Source of the DNA: an uncultured Acidobacteriota bacterium
GTDB taxonomy: Bacteria; Acidobacteriota; JAQAZP01
DNA: 64,000 nt
NCBI GenBank assembly: GCA_963836075.1
Contig: CAWIIB010000009.1
Location: 2,016,001 to 2,080,000, forward strand
Reading direction: 5' to 3'
Part shown: in pieces, positions 28,419 to 39,645 of the stretch
Layout of the letters: each line of letters starts with the position of its first letter
How positions within the stretch are numbered: position 1 is the first letter of the stretch
Notes under the pieces: generated by a model
Told to the model about the DNA's origin: nothing
The model's input: only the letters and a program-made list of their open reading frames with translations
The model's database searches: none
Translations under genes and position numbers: made by a program

Positions 28419-31400
28419 CTAGGGTGCGATACCTTCCACCGTGCAACTGGCCGTGTCGGTGTCTCCGGAGGCGGGGTAGGGCGGCTGGTTGAACGGCGCC
28501 GGGGTCACGTCCTCGGCCACCAGGGTGAAGCTGTTCACTCCCACCAGTGATGGGATGGCCGGCATATTCTGGGTCCAGGTGGTGTAGTAGCTCGCTCCGG
28601 CCTGGATAATCGTGTTGCCGGCGCGCCAGTTGGGATAGAACTGGCCGTTGGCCAGCGTCACGTCGAGGTGTGCGGCCAACCGGCGGCGGTCACCGGAGTA
28701 GAGATTTTCCAGCAGCACCGAGAACCGGGTGGTGAAGGGCACCGTGCCGGAGGACGGGTTGCAGTTCATGCTGACGTCCAGTGTGCCGACGGAGCCGCTC
28801 CAGGGCTGACACTCTGCACCGGTGACGGTCACGTCGTCGATATACCAGCCGTCGTCATCCACCGACGAGTCGCAGCCGATGCGGAAGCGGATCAGCGCCT
28901 CGGTCCCGGCATACGCCGCCAGGTCGGCGGTGACCCGGGTCATGGTGGCGCCGCTGTCCCCGGACCAGGCGGCCTGTCCGCCGATGGGGTTGCTGCAGCA
29001 GGTGGAAATGGTGTCGTTGTACTCGCCCTCGATGATCATCGGGCCGAGGTCCTCCCAGCCGGCGCCGCCGTCGGTGGAGATCTCGATCACACCGCCGTCG
29101 TAGCCGGTCTCCATGTTGTAGCGGTGCCAGAAAGTCAATTCGGAGAGCGGGGTAAGGGTCACCGTCCGCGAGACGAGGAACTTGTCCGTCACAATGCTCG
29201 GGTCCGAAGCGAACCAGACGTTGTCCGGGCTGTGGGCATAGGAACTGGTGATGATCCCCCAGTCGTCTGCGCCCTGGTCCGCGGAGTGGGTCCACTCGCC
29301 GGGGCCGGCCTCGATGTCGTCTTCGAGGAAGACCGAGGTGCCGCCCACCTGGACGTAGAGCGTGTCGCTGGCGCTGCCCTGGTCGGTGGAGATGTCCACG
29401 TTGAAGCTCAGCATCTGGCCACAGGCCGCCGTGAGGTTGATGGCGAAGCGGGGGTTGGGGCTGAGGCTCGTCCCGGTGGCGCCGGAGATGATGTCGTCGA
29501 AAGTCGCGGTGTCGTCGAGCAGCACCACGAAGGCCGGATCATTGCTGGTGATGGTGGCGCTGACGCCGGTTGTGTTCACCGCGCCGACGTTCTCCAGGGT
29601 CAGTTCCACAAAGACCGTCTCGCCCATGTCGGCGTTGCCGTCCCCGTTGCCATCGGGGAAGTCGGTGATCGCTGAGGAGTGCAGCGTCATCTGCCCCGCT
29701 TCCACCACGATGAAGAACGTGGAATACCAGGTGTCTCCGCTGCTGGCGATCTCCACGTCGAACTGGATGATCTCACCGTGGGGGCAGGAGGAGAGCACGT
29801 CGAAGACGATGGGGTCGGGGTTGATCAACGACTCGTCGGGGTTGAAACTGCCGTAGGTGGAGCTGTTGTCGAGGAACGAGATGTGACCGCTGGGGCTGCT
29901 CACCGTGGCCACCACGCCGTTGGCGGTCTCCACGCCATAGTTCTTCAGGCCCAGTTCCAGCTCGATGGTCTCGCCCGGAGTGGCGATGCCGTCGCCGTTG
30001 CCGTTGGAGTAACCGCTGGCGTCGTCATCGAGGGCATGACTCTCGTAGACCACGTACGGCCCCGAGGGCGGAATCACCGGGATCGCTTCCTGGTAGGTCA
30101 GCATGTTGTGGGCCGTGACCGTGATGGTCAGTGAACCGGGGACCACCGGCGGCGTGCCGAAGGTCAGGGTCACCGCACCGGAGGCGTCGGTGTAGCCCAC
30201 TTCGTAGACTTCGTCGTTCTGGGCGCAGACCATGGCGCCCTCGATACCGGTGGAGACCTGCAGCGTGCCGGTGCCGATGATCATCGCCCCGGGGTGGGCC
30301 ACCGTGGGCATGGCCATGGTGTCGGTCCAGGGATCGATGCAGGAGTCACCCAGCCAGAGGTAGGTGCGGATGTTCGACTCGCCCAGATAACCGTGGTCAT
30401 TGTAGACCGTGACATTGGCGAAGTTGGAGGCGTAGCCGAGGTTCCTGATCCCCAGGTCGAAGATCGCCTTGTAGAACTCCTTGTCGTAGTCGTGATTGGG
30501 GATGGTGTAGGAGGGGATGATTGCCCCGTTGATCGCCACCGCGCCGGCGGTGGTCTTCATCATCGTCTCGGCGAAGCAGTCCCCGCTGTGGGCCGGGAAG
30601 TCCATGTTGTCGCAACAGACGTCGAAGTGCACGAAGTAGCGGTCGACATTGGTGAACTGGTTGACGTGGGAGGCGTTGAAGTCGCCGCTGGTGCCCCACT
30701 CCCACCAGGCTTCCGTGGAGCCGTGGCCGCGGTAGTTGAGAATCCCGGAGCTGTAAGTGTTGATGTAGTCGATCACATCCTGGTTGCTGGCCCCGGCGCC
30801 GCCGTAAGCGGTGTCGAAGTCCGGCGTCTCCAGCGAGTAGGCGTAGGTCCGGATCTCCTCACTGCACTGGGTGTACTTGCCGGGTACTCCTCCGAGTGGG
30901 CCACCAGCAGGCTGTGCTTGGCCCAGTCCGAAACCTCAGGCGCGGTGAGGTAGTCCATGGTCTTGTTGATCTGGTGTTCGAGCTCTGCCGCGGTGTCGTA
31001 CAGAATGCGACCGATGGCCATGTCGGCCAGGTAGTCGCCGGAGCCGTCCATCATCGTATACCAGGAGTCGGAATAGGAGTCGGACCAGTAGTACATCGGC
31101 ACATCGACGCCGCCGGCGCCGCTGTAATAGGCGTCGCCCACCAGCAGCACGTATTCCAGGCCGCTGTCGTTGTAGAGCTGGGTGATGTAGGCCTTGATCT
31201 CCTCCGCGGTTTCAAAGCCGGGCTCGAGGGTCCGCACCTCCACCGGGTAGCCCTGGGCGTGGCGGAAGTCCACCAGCGGCTGGATGTAGGGGATGCAGGC
31301 CGGGGTGGTCACCACCAGGTACCTGGTCCCCGGGGTCACCGAGCCGCGTCCGGCCGTCGGGTAGCCCAGCCGGTCATAGTTGATCACCGCCGAACGGTAG

Positions 31401-32059
31401 AGGTTCTGGAACGGGGCGCTGATCGGACTGCGCTGGCGGGTGAACGCGCGGAGCGGGTTGATGCCGGTGTAGTTGACGGTGACCCGCATCCGGGTGGCCA
31501 CGGTGATCTCGTTTCGTGCCGGGTTGCAGGTGATCGGCCGCATCTCCAGCCGGGTCAACCGGACGTCCCGCCAGATCTGCGGGTCGCCGGCCACCGCCAC
31601 GCTGGCGGGATACGTCTTGTCCAGGCCGTAGGTCGCGCGGTCCACGGTGAAGGCCGTTGCCGGTTCGCTGTCCTTCAGCGGCTGCTGGGCCGGCCAGACG
31701 GTATACCCGGTCAGGGTTACGGAGTCGAGGATTTCAGAGCTGACGATGTAGCCGGCCCGATCGGGAATGCCCACCAGCTGGGCCACCACCGGCAGCTGGG
31801 GCAGGCCCACCCGCCGGAGGGCCGCATCGCTGCCCAGGCTCAGCCGCTGGTAGAGCGTGCCGTCCGCGGTGATCTGTTCCGCATCGAAACCGCTGACCGA
31901 AACCTCGATCACGGTGGCGGCGGAATCATGGGCGACCAGGTCCACCCGGGGGGCAGTGGGTGCGGCACCGTCCAGGGTGATCCACTCCGCGCTGGCCGGG
32001 GACAGGCCCAGCAGCAGGCAAATAACGCACGTACTGACGATCAGTCTGGCTCTACGCAT
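28419..32059 (-). CDS. Gingipain-like C25 cysteine peptidase: propeptide, catalytic domain, Ig-like and immune-inhibitor-like domains, ~120-aa C-terminal domain. One frameshift near 30883 joins the two track ORFs
   Basis: YVLLVGD, SDSWY, AIGRI, then after the shift YPGKYTQC...NYRGHGS (His) and FDVCCDNMDF (Cys; cf. RgpB FDVACVNGDF), YLWLGDS. Confidence 0.85.
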
Positions 32060-32280
32060 GATGTACTCCTGAAAAATTGATGGGAACAAGGGAAACTGCG
32101 CTCAATGGCTGGATGGTAGTTCCTGAATTGAATAAATACCTGTATATCAGGGGCGTCCGGGGAAAATGCCACTGGGTCCGCCCGGCAATCAACCAAATCA
32201 ATCCACTAACTGTTCATTAATAATAAGGGATTTTCAACTGAAATGCCAGCAGGGCCGCTCCCGCGGGTGGGCCGCCGGCA

Positions 32281-34248
32281 CTATCGGGTGGTCGTGGACA
32301 GCAGTTTGGTCAGCTGCTCTTCGGCCTGCAGGACCAGGCTGCGGGCCCGATCACTCCGTTCGTCGGCCACCGGTAAGCCCGACGGGTGATACGTGCGGGC
32401 CAGATCCAGGGCGGAACGGATCAACTGTTCCCGGCCGGCTGATTCTTCCTCCGGCTGGAGAGCGGGGGGGAGCGGTTCCGCTTCCACATACCCCAGCGCA
32501 ACCAGCTTCTGACGAACTTCCTCGGAGACCTGCCGGGCCTCGTCGACGGCAGGGATCGATGCGTGACGCTCGAGCCACCCGGTCAACTGCCCGGAGAGCC
32601 GCTGGCAGCTCCGGCTGGCCTCCAGCAGGTATTCCGCAGCGTCCAGTTCGTTCCCCGGGGCGGCGGACAGCGCCGCTTCCTTCAGTTCATCACCGTCCAG
32701 GGCCAGCAGGTTCAGCCGTTCGCCCGGATCATTTTCCAGGTCGTAGAGCTCCTGGTGGGCGATGGGAAAACTGCGGTCAGGGAGACAGGGGTAGGGCACC
32801 TTTCGCGGGTGAAAACCCGACGGGTTGAGCAACAGTTTCCAGCGGGCGTCGCGCACCGAGTAGACCCCGTCCATCGGCGGCTCGGCCTCCATCCCCTGCG
32901 GCAGGCCGTGGCTGAGCTCGGCAAAGGCGAGGGAGCCGGAAGGATCCGTGTCCGTACCCCGCAGCGGCAGCAGGCTGCGGCCCGGGAGATCATCCGGTTG
33001 CGGCAGTCCCGCGGCATGGAGGATGGTGGGCATGAGATCGGTGATCTCAGCCAGGCGGTCCACGGTGCCGGCGGGCGCTATCCGGCCTGGCCAGCGCAGG
33101 ATCAGCGGCACGTGCAGGACACCCTGGTAGATCGAGGCGCTGTGAAAGAAGTAGTGGTTGTGATCGAAGAGTTCGTCTCCGTGGTCCGATGCGAGAATGA
33201 CCAGCGTGTTGTCTTTCAGCCCCAGTTGGTCCACGGTCTCCAGCAGCCGGCCCACGCAGCGGTCGGCCGTCCGGACTTCCGCATCATAGCGCGCGTGAAT
33301 GTAGGCCAGGTCCGCCGCGGAGAGGTCCACCCGCTGCAGGACGATGAGGTCGAGCAACTGGTCAAAGGTCAGGTGCCAGTCCTGCTTCTGCATCAGCTCG
33401 AGGTAGTCCATGCCCAGCCACGGTTTCCAGTAGCGGGCATGGACGAACTCGTCGAACTGTTCTTCGGTCACCGGGATGCGGCCGTCACGGATGCCCTTGT
33501 TCAGGTCGGTCAGCGACACCTTGTCGTCCAGCCACCCGTCGTAATCATCCATCGGCATCAGGAGTTCACGCTCTGCGGCCGGGGGGTCGTACGGGCGGTG
33601 GGGGTTCATCAGGTGTACCCAGGTGAAGGTGGGCTGGCCCTGATTTCCGGTAAGCCAGTCGACCGCCTTGTCGGTCATGCTGTCGTCCCACTGGTCCTGG
33701 GGCGTGGAACTCGAGACATCGGCACGAACAATGTGATCGAACCCGAAGGCATCCTTGGAAAGGATCGCGTCGCCGAAATTGGCCAGGAAAGCGGCGGTGC
33801 GGTATCCGGACTCCCGGAGGTATTCCGGCAGCAGGTCGAGGTGTTCACCAGGGAGGATCGAGTTGTTGCGTACGCCGTGTTCCAGGGGGTAACGGCCGGT
33901 GAGCAGGGAAGTGAGGGCCGGCCAGGTCTGGCCCCGGGGGACCTGGGTCTGGTTGAACCGGACTCCCTCGGCGGCCAGGCCGTCCATGGCCGGGCTGGTG
34001 GGCCGGGGGTAGCCGTAGCAGCCGAGGTGGTCGGCGCGCAGCGCGTCGAGGGTGATCAGCAGGATGTGGAACGGCGGCGCTTGGTCCCCGCCGGCCGCGG
34101 GGGTCACCGTCGAGCCATGGTCGCCTGACCAGCAGCCCAGGCCGAAAATGGACAGATAGAGGACAAGGCCCAGCGGCAGACACAACAACGCCGCCGAGCG
34201 GAGAATGCGGGCAGACTTCAATTGTTGCAGGGGGGCTGGCAGGGCCAT
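32281..34248 (-). CDS. Sulfatase-like protein
   Basis: LITLDALRADHL, WVHLMNPHRPY, YDAEVRTAD, ASDHGDE, ELYDLENDPGE, LVALGYVE; start uncertain. Confidence 0.85.
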   Translation of the reverse strand: MALPAPLQQLKSARILRSAALLCLPLGLVLYLSIFGLGCWSGDHGSTVTPAAGGDQAPPFHILLITLDALRADHLGCYGYPRPTSPAMDGLAAEGVRFNQTQVPRGQTWPALTSLLTGRYPLEHGVRNNSILPGEHLDLLPEYLRESGYRTAAFLANFGDAILSKDAFGFDHIVRADVSSSTPQDQWDDSMTDKAVDWLTGNQGQPTFTWVHLMNPHRPYDPPAAERELLMPMDDYDGWLDDKVSLTDLNKGIRDGRIPVTEEQFDEFVHARYWKPWLGMDYLELMQKQDWHLTFDQLLDLIVLQRVDLSAADLAYIHARYDAEVRTADRCVGRLLETVDQLGLKDNTLVILASDHGDELFDHNHYFFHSASIYQGVLHVPLILRWPGRIAPAGTVDRLAEITDLMPTILHAAGLPQPDDLPGRSLLPLRGTDTDPSGSLAFAELSHGLPQGMEAEPPMDGVYSVRDARWKLLLNPSGFHPRKVPYPCLPDRSFPIAHQELYDLENDPGERLNLLALDGDELKEAALSAAPGNELDAAEYLLEASRSCQRLSGQLTGWLERHASIPAVDEARQVSEEVRQKLVALGYVEAEPLPPALQPEEESAGREQLIRSALDLARTYHPSGLPVADERSDRARSLVLQAEEQLTKLLSTTTR

Positions 34249-34498
34249 TACCCACGTGCTCCAGGTGTAGTGGCCCCCGACGAGCCGTTTATGAATTCGA
34301 ATCGACCGTGGCCATCCCGTTTCCAGGCCGTACAGTCGAAGCAATTGATGCAACCAGTATACCCCAAGGATCGGAATCCTGTACTTTTGGCGGTCCCGGG
34401 TCACCTGCTGAAGTGGACACGATCGGGGCGTGGCATACTTCTGGTGTCGGCGCAATACGCCATGAGCCCGGAGTGATCCGGCTGCTGCCGTGCGAGAG

Positions 34499-35710
34499 AT
34501 GATGATAAGAAAAAGACGCCCACATCCCGGTAGATCGATCCTCTTCCTGCTGCTGGCCCTGCAGGCCGCCTGTGCCGGCAGCCCGAAAAAGGTGATCTAC
34601 ACCCCGGACGAGTTCACCGCCGAGATGCGCAGTCTGGTGGGTGATGAGCATCCCGCGCTGGCGGTGCGGTATGACGAGCTTCTGGATGCCGGCAAGGAAG
34701 AATTCACCCTGGGGGTGGACCTGTTGCGGCCGCCCTATCAGCTGGACGCGGTTTCCCGGGAGCGGATCCTCGACTGTGTCGGTTTCTCGGGGAGCGAGGC
34801 GCTGCGGCTGATGCAGCTGCGCGACTGCGTGATCAACCGGCCGGCGAAAATCAGCTACAACGGCACCCTGACCCTCGACGCCGCCGGCTGCCTGGAACTG
34901 CGGGAGGGCAACTGTTTCGCACTGACCAACCTCTTTATCGGCGCGGCCCGGGAGGCCGGGCTCCGTTCCTACTACGTGATGGTGGAGGACGTGATCACCA
35001 ACCGCTCCGCCGGGCAGCAGGTCTTTCACATCAACCACATCGTCAGCGGGGTGATCGTCAACAGCGGCCACCGGATGGTGGACTTCATCCCCGATTCCCG
35101 GGAATACCACGTGCGGACCACGCTGAGCGATATCGAAGCCGCCGGTCTGTATTACAACAACCTCGGGGCGAACCTCATGATCTCCGGAGACCTCGACGGG
35201 GCGGGCTACCTGCTGGGGGTGGCCGAGCGGCTCTATCCCGATTCGTACCAGGTGCAGAACAATCTGGGCCTGCTGCACCGCCGCCGCGGCGACCTGGAGG
35301 AGGCCCAGCAGGCGTTCGAGAAGGCCTTCTCCCTCGCCCGGTTCCCCGACCTGATCATGGGCAACCTGCTCGCGCTGTACCGGGACACCGGCCAGGCCGA
35401 CCGGGCCGAGGACCTGAGGCAGCAGTTGAGCAGGGTCAGCCGCCGCAATCCCTACCTCTATCTCGCTCTGGCCCGGGAGTCGCTCAGGGGAAAGGAATAC
35501 CAGCAGGCGCTGGACCACCTGGCCGCCGCCCGGCGGATCGATCACCGGATCCCGGCGATCTATGCTCTGGAGAGCGAAATCTGGGAAACCCTGGATAACC
35601 CGCGGCGGCTGAAGCGGGCGCAGAAAAAGCTGGCGCGCCTGCTGGAGCTGGAGGGCGGTTCAGGGGCAAGCGAAATGGCCGAGGAGATCACCCGGACAGT
35701 TTCGGGTTGA
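34499..35710 (+). CDS. Transglutaminase-like plus TPR lipoprotein
   Basis: Lipobox QAAC; EGNC...NHI...VDF triad; YYNNLGA and NNLGLL TPR starts. Confidence 0.75.
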   Translation: MMIRKRRPHPGRSILFLLLALQAACAGSPKKVIYTPDEFTAEMRSLVGDEHPALAVRYDELLDAGKEEFTLGVDLLRPPYQLDAVSRERILDCVGFSGSEALRLMQLRDCVINRPAKISYNGTLTLDAAGCLELREGNCFALTNLFIGAAREAGLRSYYVMVEDVITNRSAGQQVFHINHIVSGVIVNSGHRMVDFIPDSREYHVRTTLSDIEAAGLYYNNLGANLMISGDLDGAGYLLGVAERLYPDSYQVQNNLGLLHRRRGDLEEAQQAFEKAFSLARFPDLIMGNLLALYRDTGQADRAEDLRQQLSRVSRRNPYLYLALARESLRGKEYQQALDHLAAARRIDHRIPAIYALESEIWETLDNPRRLKRAQKKLARLLELEGGSGASEMAEEITRTVSG

Positions 35711-36815
35711 GGGCCTGCAGATCCTCGGGAACGAACAGTCCGTCCTTGCGCACCAGTTCCCCGTCAAAGCGGATCTCCCCGCCGCCGTGATCCCCGTCCT
35801 GCAGGCAGACCAGGTCCCAGTGCACGGCGCTGCGGTTGCCGTTGTCGGTCTCCTTCCACTCGGTCAGCGAATCACCGGGGGTGAAGTGGTAGGACCCGGC
35901 GATCTTCTCGTCAAAGAGGATGTCGAGCATCGGCCGGGTGATCCGCGGGTTGAGGCCCAGGGCGAACTCGCCGATGTAGCGCGCCCCCGGATCGCGGTCC
36001 AGCACCTGGTTGAGATGCTCACTGTTGCTGCTGGTGGCCTCGACGATGCGGCCTTTCTCGAAGCGCAGGCGGACGTCCTCGTGGATCACGCCGTCGTCAC
36101 TGATAGTGGGAGCGTTGTATTGCACCACGCCTTCCGCGCTCTCCAGCACCGGGGCGGTGCAGACCTCGCCGTCGGGGATGTTGTTCCTCCCCTCGCAGCA
36201 GATCCCCCCCATCCCCTCCAGGGAGAAGCGGAGATCGGTGCCCGGGCCGGTGATCTGCACTTCCCTGGCCGCGGTCATCCGCTGGCCCAGGGGTTTCATC
36301 GCCCGGGCCAGCTCGCCATAGTCCAGGGTGCAGACGTCGAAGAAAAAGTTCTCGAAGGCTTCGGTGCTCATCCCCGCCTGCTGGGCCATGGAGGGATGGG
36401 GCCAGCGCAGCACCACCCAGCGGGTGTCCACGCAGCGGATCCGCAGGTGGACCTTCTCCCAGACGTGACCCAGGTAGTGCTGCTGCGACGCGGCGGGGAT
36501 GTCGGACAGTTCGGTGATGTTGCGCTGGCCGCGGATGCCGATGTAGGCATCGACGCTGTTCATCGCCAGCGCCTCCACCTCCCCCTGGAGCTGCATCTGC
36601 TCTGCACTGGCTTCCAGACGCAGCGCCCGGTCCACCATGGTGTCCTTGAGCAGCACCAGCGGGTGGGCCCCGGCGGCCCGCGCGGTGCGCACCAGCTGGC
36701 AGGTCATGGCCGTCGGAGTGTCGATGGCCTCGATGAGGACGTTCTCTCCCGGCTGCAGGGCCGTGGACCAGCTGATCAGGGTATGGGCCAGTTGCGAAAG
36801 GCGCGGGTCGTTCAT
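35688..36815 (-). CDS. M29 (AmpS/AmpT-like) aminopeptidase
   Basis: GTDLRFS, NIPDGEV, IGEFALG, ILFDEKIAGSYHFTPG, NRSAVHWDLV. Confidence 0.93.
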   Translation of the reverse strand: MNDPRLSQLAHTLISWSTALQPGENVLIEAIDTPTAMTCQLVRTARAAGAHPLVLLKDTMVDRALRLEASAEQMQLQGEVEALAMNSVDAYIGIRGQRNITELSDIPAASQQHYLGHVWEKVHLRIRCVDTRWVVLRWPHPSMAQQAGMSTEAFENFFFDVCTLDYGELARAMKPLGQRMTAAREVQITGPGTDLRFSLEGMGGICCEGRNNIPDGEVCTAPVLESAEGVVQYNAPTISDDGVIHEDVRLRFEKGRIVEATSSNSEHLNQVLDRDPGARYIGEFALGLNPRITRPMLDILFDEKIAGSYHFTPGDSLTEWKETDNGNRSAVHWDLVCLQDGDHGGGEIRFDGELVRKDGLFVPEDLQALNPKLSG

Positions 36816-36991
36816 CCAGTGCCTCCGTTTGACTTCGGGTGGTGGACTGCGACGGAGGCCGCCGCAGGGTGCTGCCCATGGTATACGTCAGCGGTGCGGC
36901 CGAATCAAGCGCGATGGAGGGACGGCCAGCTTGCGGGCTGGCCTGGGCGGCCGAAAGCATATAGAGTAAAGGGACTGGAGACCTGTTGCCC

Positions 36992-38362
36992 ATGCCCTTG
37001 CCCTGGTACAAAAAGCTGCACTGGAAGATCATCATCGGCCTGGTGCTGGGGCTGGTCTACGGCGTGGTGGCGGCGGTCATGGGCTGGGGGGATTTCACCG
37101 CCAGCTGGATCTCACCCTTTGGCACCATCTTCATCAACCTGCTGAAGCTTATCGCAGTGCCGCTGATCCTGGCCTCGCTGGTCACCGGCGTGGCCTCCCT
37201 CTCCGACCTGAAGAAACTCTCGCGGATCGGCGGCAAGACCATCGCCATCTACATCGGCACCACCGCCGTGGCGGTGACCATCGGTCTCCTGCTGGTCAAC
37301 CTGCTCGGTCCGGGGTATGCCATCCCCGAGCAGTTGCACCACGAGCTGGCCGCGGTCTACGACGAGGAGGTCAGCACCCGGACCGGTCATGCTGAGACGG
37401 TGAAAGACCAGGGGCCGCTCCAGGCCCTGGTGGACATGGTTCCGGACAACTTCTTCGGGGCGGCCTCGAACAACCGCAACATGCTGCAGGTGGTTTTCTT
37501 CGCCATCTTCCTCGGCATCGGCCTGATCCAGGTGCCGGCGGAAAAGGCCAAACCGGTGCTCCGCTTTTTTGACGGTCTCAATGCGGTGGTTATCCGCCTG
37601 GTGGATCTGATCATGCTGATGGCCCCGCTGGGGGTCTTTGCCCTGATGGCCGGTGTGATCACCACCGTGGCCGGCGATGACGTGAGCCAGATCATCCACC
37701 TGCTGGGAGCTCTCGGCTTTTACTGCATCACCGTGATCGCCGGTCTGGCCCTGCACATGGCCATCACCTATTCCTGCCTGATCCGTTTCCTCACCCCGAT
37801 GAAGCTGCGCACCTTCTACGCCGGGATCGCCCCGGCCCAGCTGCTGGCCTTTTCCACCAGCTCCAGTGCGGCCACTCTGCCGGTGACCATGGAGCGCTGC
37901 GAGGAGAAGCTCGGGGTATCGGAGGAGGTCTCCTCCTTTGTCCTGCCGTTGGGGGCCACCATCAACATGGATGGCACCGCCCTCTACCAGGGTGTGGCCA
38001 CGGTCTTCATCGCCCAGGCCCTGGGCATCGATCTCGGCCTCGGCGCCCAGCTGACCATCGTGCTCACCGCGGTGCTGGCCTCCATCGGCACTGCCGCGGT
38101 GCCCAGTGCCGGGATCATCATGCTGCTGATCATCCTCGAGGCGGTGGGGGTGCCGGCCACCGGCATCGCGCTGATTCTCGGTGTGGACCGCATCCTCGAC
38201 ATGCTGCGCACGGTGACCAACGTCACCGGTGACGCGGCGGTGGCCTCGGTGGTGGCGGCCACCGAGGGTCAGCTGGGCACGCCGTCCCTCGATGAGTCCG
38301 CCGACGCGGTGCGCACCACCGCCGAGCGGGACCTGCACCAGGTGATCGAGGAAGGCGAGTAG
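36992..38362 (+). CDS. Dicarboxylate/amino acid:cation symporter (GltP/DctA family)
   Basis: AFSTSSSAATLP, LPLGATINMDGTALY, ASIGTAAVP, DRILDMLRTVTNVTGD. Confidence 0.95.
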   Translation: MPLPWYKKLHWKIIIGLVLGLVYGVVAAVMGWGDFTASWISPFGTIFINLLKLIAVPLILASLVTGVASLSDLKKLSRIGGKTIAIYIGTTAVAVTIGLLLVNLLGPGYAIPEQLHHELAAVYDEEVSTRTGHAETVKDQGPLQALVDMVPDNFFGAASNNRNMLQVVFFAIFLGIGLIQVPAEKAKPVLRFFDGLNAVVIRLVDLIMLMAPLGVFALMAGVITTVAGDDVSQIIHLLGALGFYCITVIAGLALHMAITYSCLIRFLTPMKLRTFYAGIAPAQLLAFSTSSSAATLPVTMERCEEKLGVSEEVSSFVLPLGATINMDGTALYQGVATVFIAQALGIDLGLGAQLTIVLTAVLASIGTAAVPSAGIIMLLIILEAVGVPATGIALILGVDRILDMLRTVTNVTGDAAVASVVAATEGQLGTPSLDESADAVRTTAERDLHQVIEEGE

Positions 38363-38377
38363 TACTTGCTCCACTTC

Positions 38378-39235
38378 CTACGGTTTTTCCGCGCTCACCG
38401 AGAGGCTCACCACGAAGTCACCGGGGCTGGTGCCCTCGGGCAGGGCGTCGAGGATCTTGCGGTACAGCGGGTCCTGCCATTCGGTCATGGAGTCGACGTA
38501 GCCGGACTTCTGATCCAGCTGGACCCCGATCAGGCCGGCCTGGCGGATCATCTTCGCGGTTTCCTCGATCAGCACCGCTCCGGAAACACAGCCCACCAGA
38601 GCCTCCACCATCTCCCGCACCTCATCGGGGAGCGGTCGCAGCAGGGCCAGGTCAGATATGGCTGCACGTCCACCCGGCTTGAGGACCCGGGCGATCTCGT
38701 TCCAGACCTGCTGCTTGTCCGGCGAGAGGTTGATCACACAGTTGGAGATCACCACGTCGGCGCTGTTGTCCGCCAGCGGCAGGTGCTCGATCTCGCCCAG
38801 GCGGAACTCCACGTTGTCCAGCCCGCTGGTCTCCCGGTACTGGCCCAGGTTGGTGCGGGCCTTGCCCAGCATCTCCGGGGTCATGTCCACACCGATGGCC
38901 CGGCCGGCTGGACCCACCGCCCGCCCGGCGATAAAGACGTCGAAACCGCCGCCGCTGCCCAGGTCCACCACCACCTCACCCGGCTCGAGGGTGGCCAGCG
39001 CCACCGGGTTGCCGCAGGAGAGGCCCATGTTGGCCCCTTCCGGGAGCTGGGCCAGTTCGGCTGCATCGTAGCCCACGGCCCGGGCCAGCTGTTCGGCGGC
39101 ATCCGGCCCGTCGGAACCGCAGCATGACGTCGGGCCGCAGCAACTTGATGCATTCTGCGTGGCGATCTTCGCGTATCCGTCCCGCACCGTGGCGCGGACC
39201 TCTTCCTGCTTCTCGAGATTATTGTGCTTGTCCAT
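38378..39235 (-). CDS. arsM: Arsenite S-adenosylmethionine methyltransferase
   Basis: CCG...CC, GLSCGNP, DLGSGGGFD, GVDMTPEM, ISNCVINL, GCVSGA; directly downstream of an arsR. Confidence 0.9.
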   Translation of the reverse strand: MDKHNNLEKQEEVRATVRDGYAKIATQNASSCCGPTSCCGSDGPDAAEQLARAVGYDAAELAQLPEGANMGLSCGNPVALATLEPGEVVVDLGSGGGFDVFIAGRAVGPAGRAIGVDMTPEMLGKARTNLGQYRETSGLDNVEFRLGEIEHLPLADNSADVVISNCVINLSPDKQQVWNEIARVLKPGGRAAISDLALLRPLPDEVREMVEALVGCVSGAVLIEETAKMIRQAGLIGVQLDQKSGYVDSMTEWQDPLYRKILDALPEGTSPGDFVVSLSVSAEKP

Positions 39236-39266
39236 TGGTATTACTCCGTTGGTATGGGTTGGCTTG

Positions 39267-39629
39267 TCAGCGGTGGTAGTGGCAGCAGAGGGTTTCCTTT
39301 TCCTGTTTCAGCACTTTCTTGAGCTTTCTGGCACCGCTGCGGGCCGGTTGGCTGCGGCCCACCGAGCGTTCCACCCATTGCAGCGCCTCCTGCACCACCG
39401 GGGGTGCGTTCTCCCCGGCCAGCCGGTAGTACTGCCAGCGGCCGGCCTTGCGGCGGCGCACCAGCCCGGCCTGGAACAGCACGGTCATGTGCCGCGAGAC
39501 CGTGGATGGGGCGAGGCCCAGCAGCTCGATGATCTGGCAGACGCAGAGTTCACCCCGCCGCAGGTGGAGTAGCGCCTGGACCCGGCTGCCGTCGGAAAGG
39601 GCCTGGGCAATGTTGAGAAACTGGTCCAT
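39267..39629 (-). CDS. arsR: ArsR/SmtB metalloregulator
   Basis: ALSDGSR, ELCVC, STVSRHM..L, GRWQYYRL. Confidence 0.9.
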   Translation of the reverse strand: MDQFLNIAQALSDGSRVQALLHLRRGELCVCQIIELLGLAPSTVSRHMTVLFQAGLVRRRKAGRWQYYRLAGENAPPVVQEALQWVERSVGRSQPARSGARKLKKVLKQEKETLCCHYHR

Positions 39630-39645
39630 TCCTTTTCACTCCTAT

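Noticed and set aside
30773-30890. Programmed frameshift or two-gene split of the C25 protease
   Set aside because: No slippery site; the break falls mid catalytic domain in a short C/G run; similar indels occur elsewhere in the window
15707-39629. Molybdoenzyme as a respiratory arsenate reductase linked to arsRM
   Set aside because: 18 kb apart, no Tat signal and no ArrD/ArrTSR genes; no direct support
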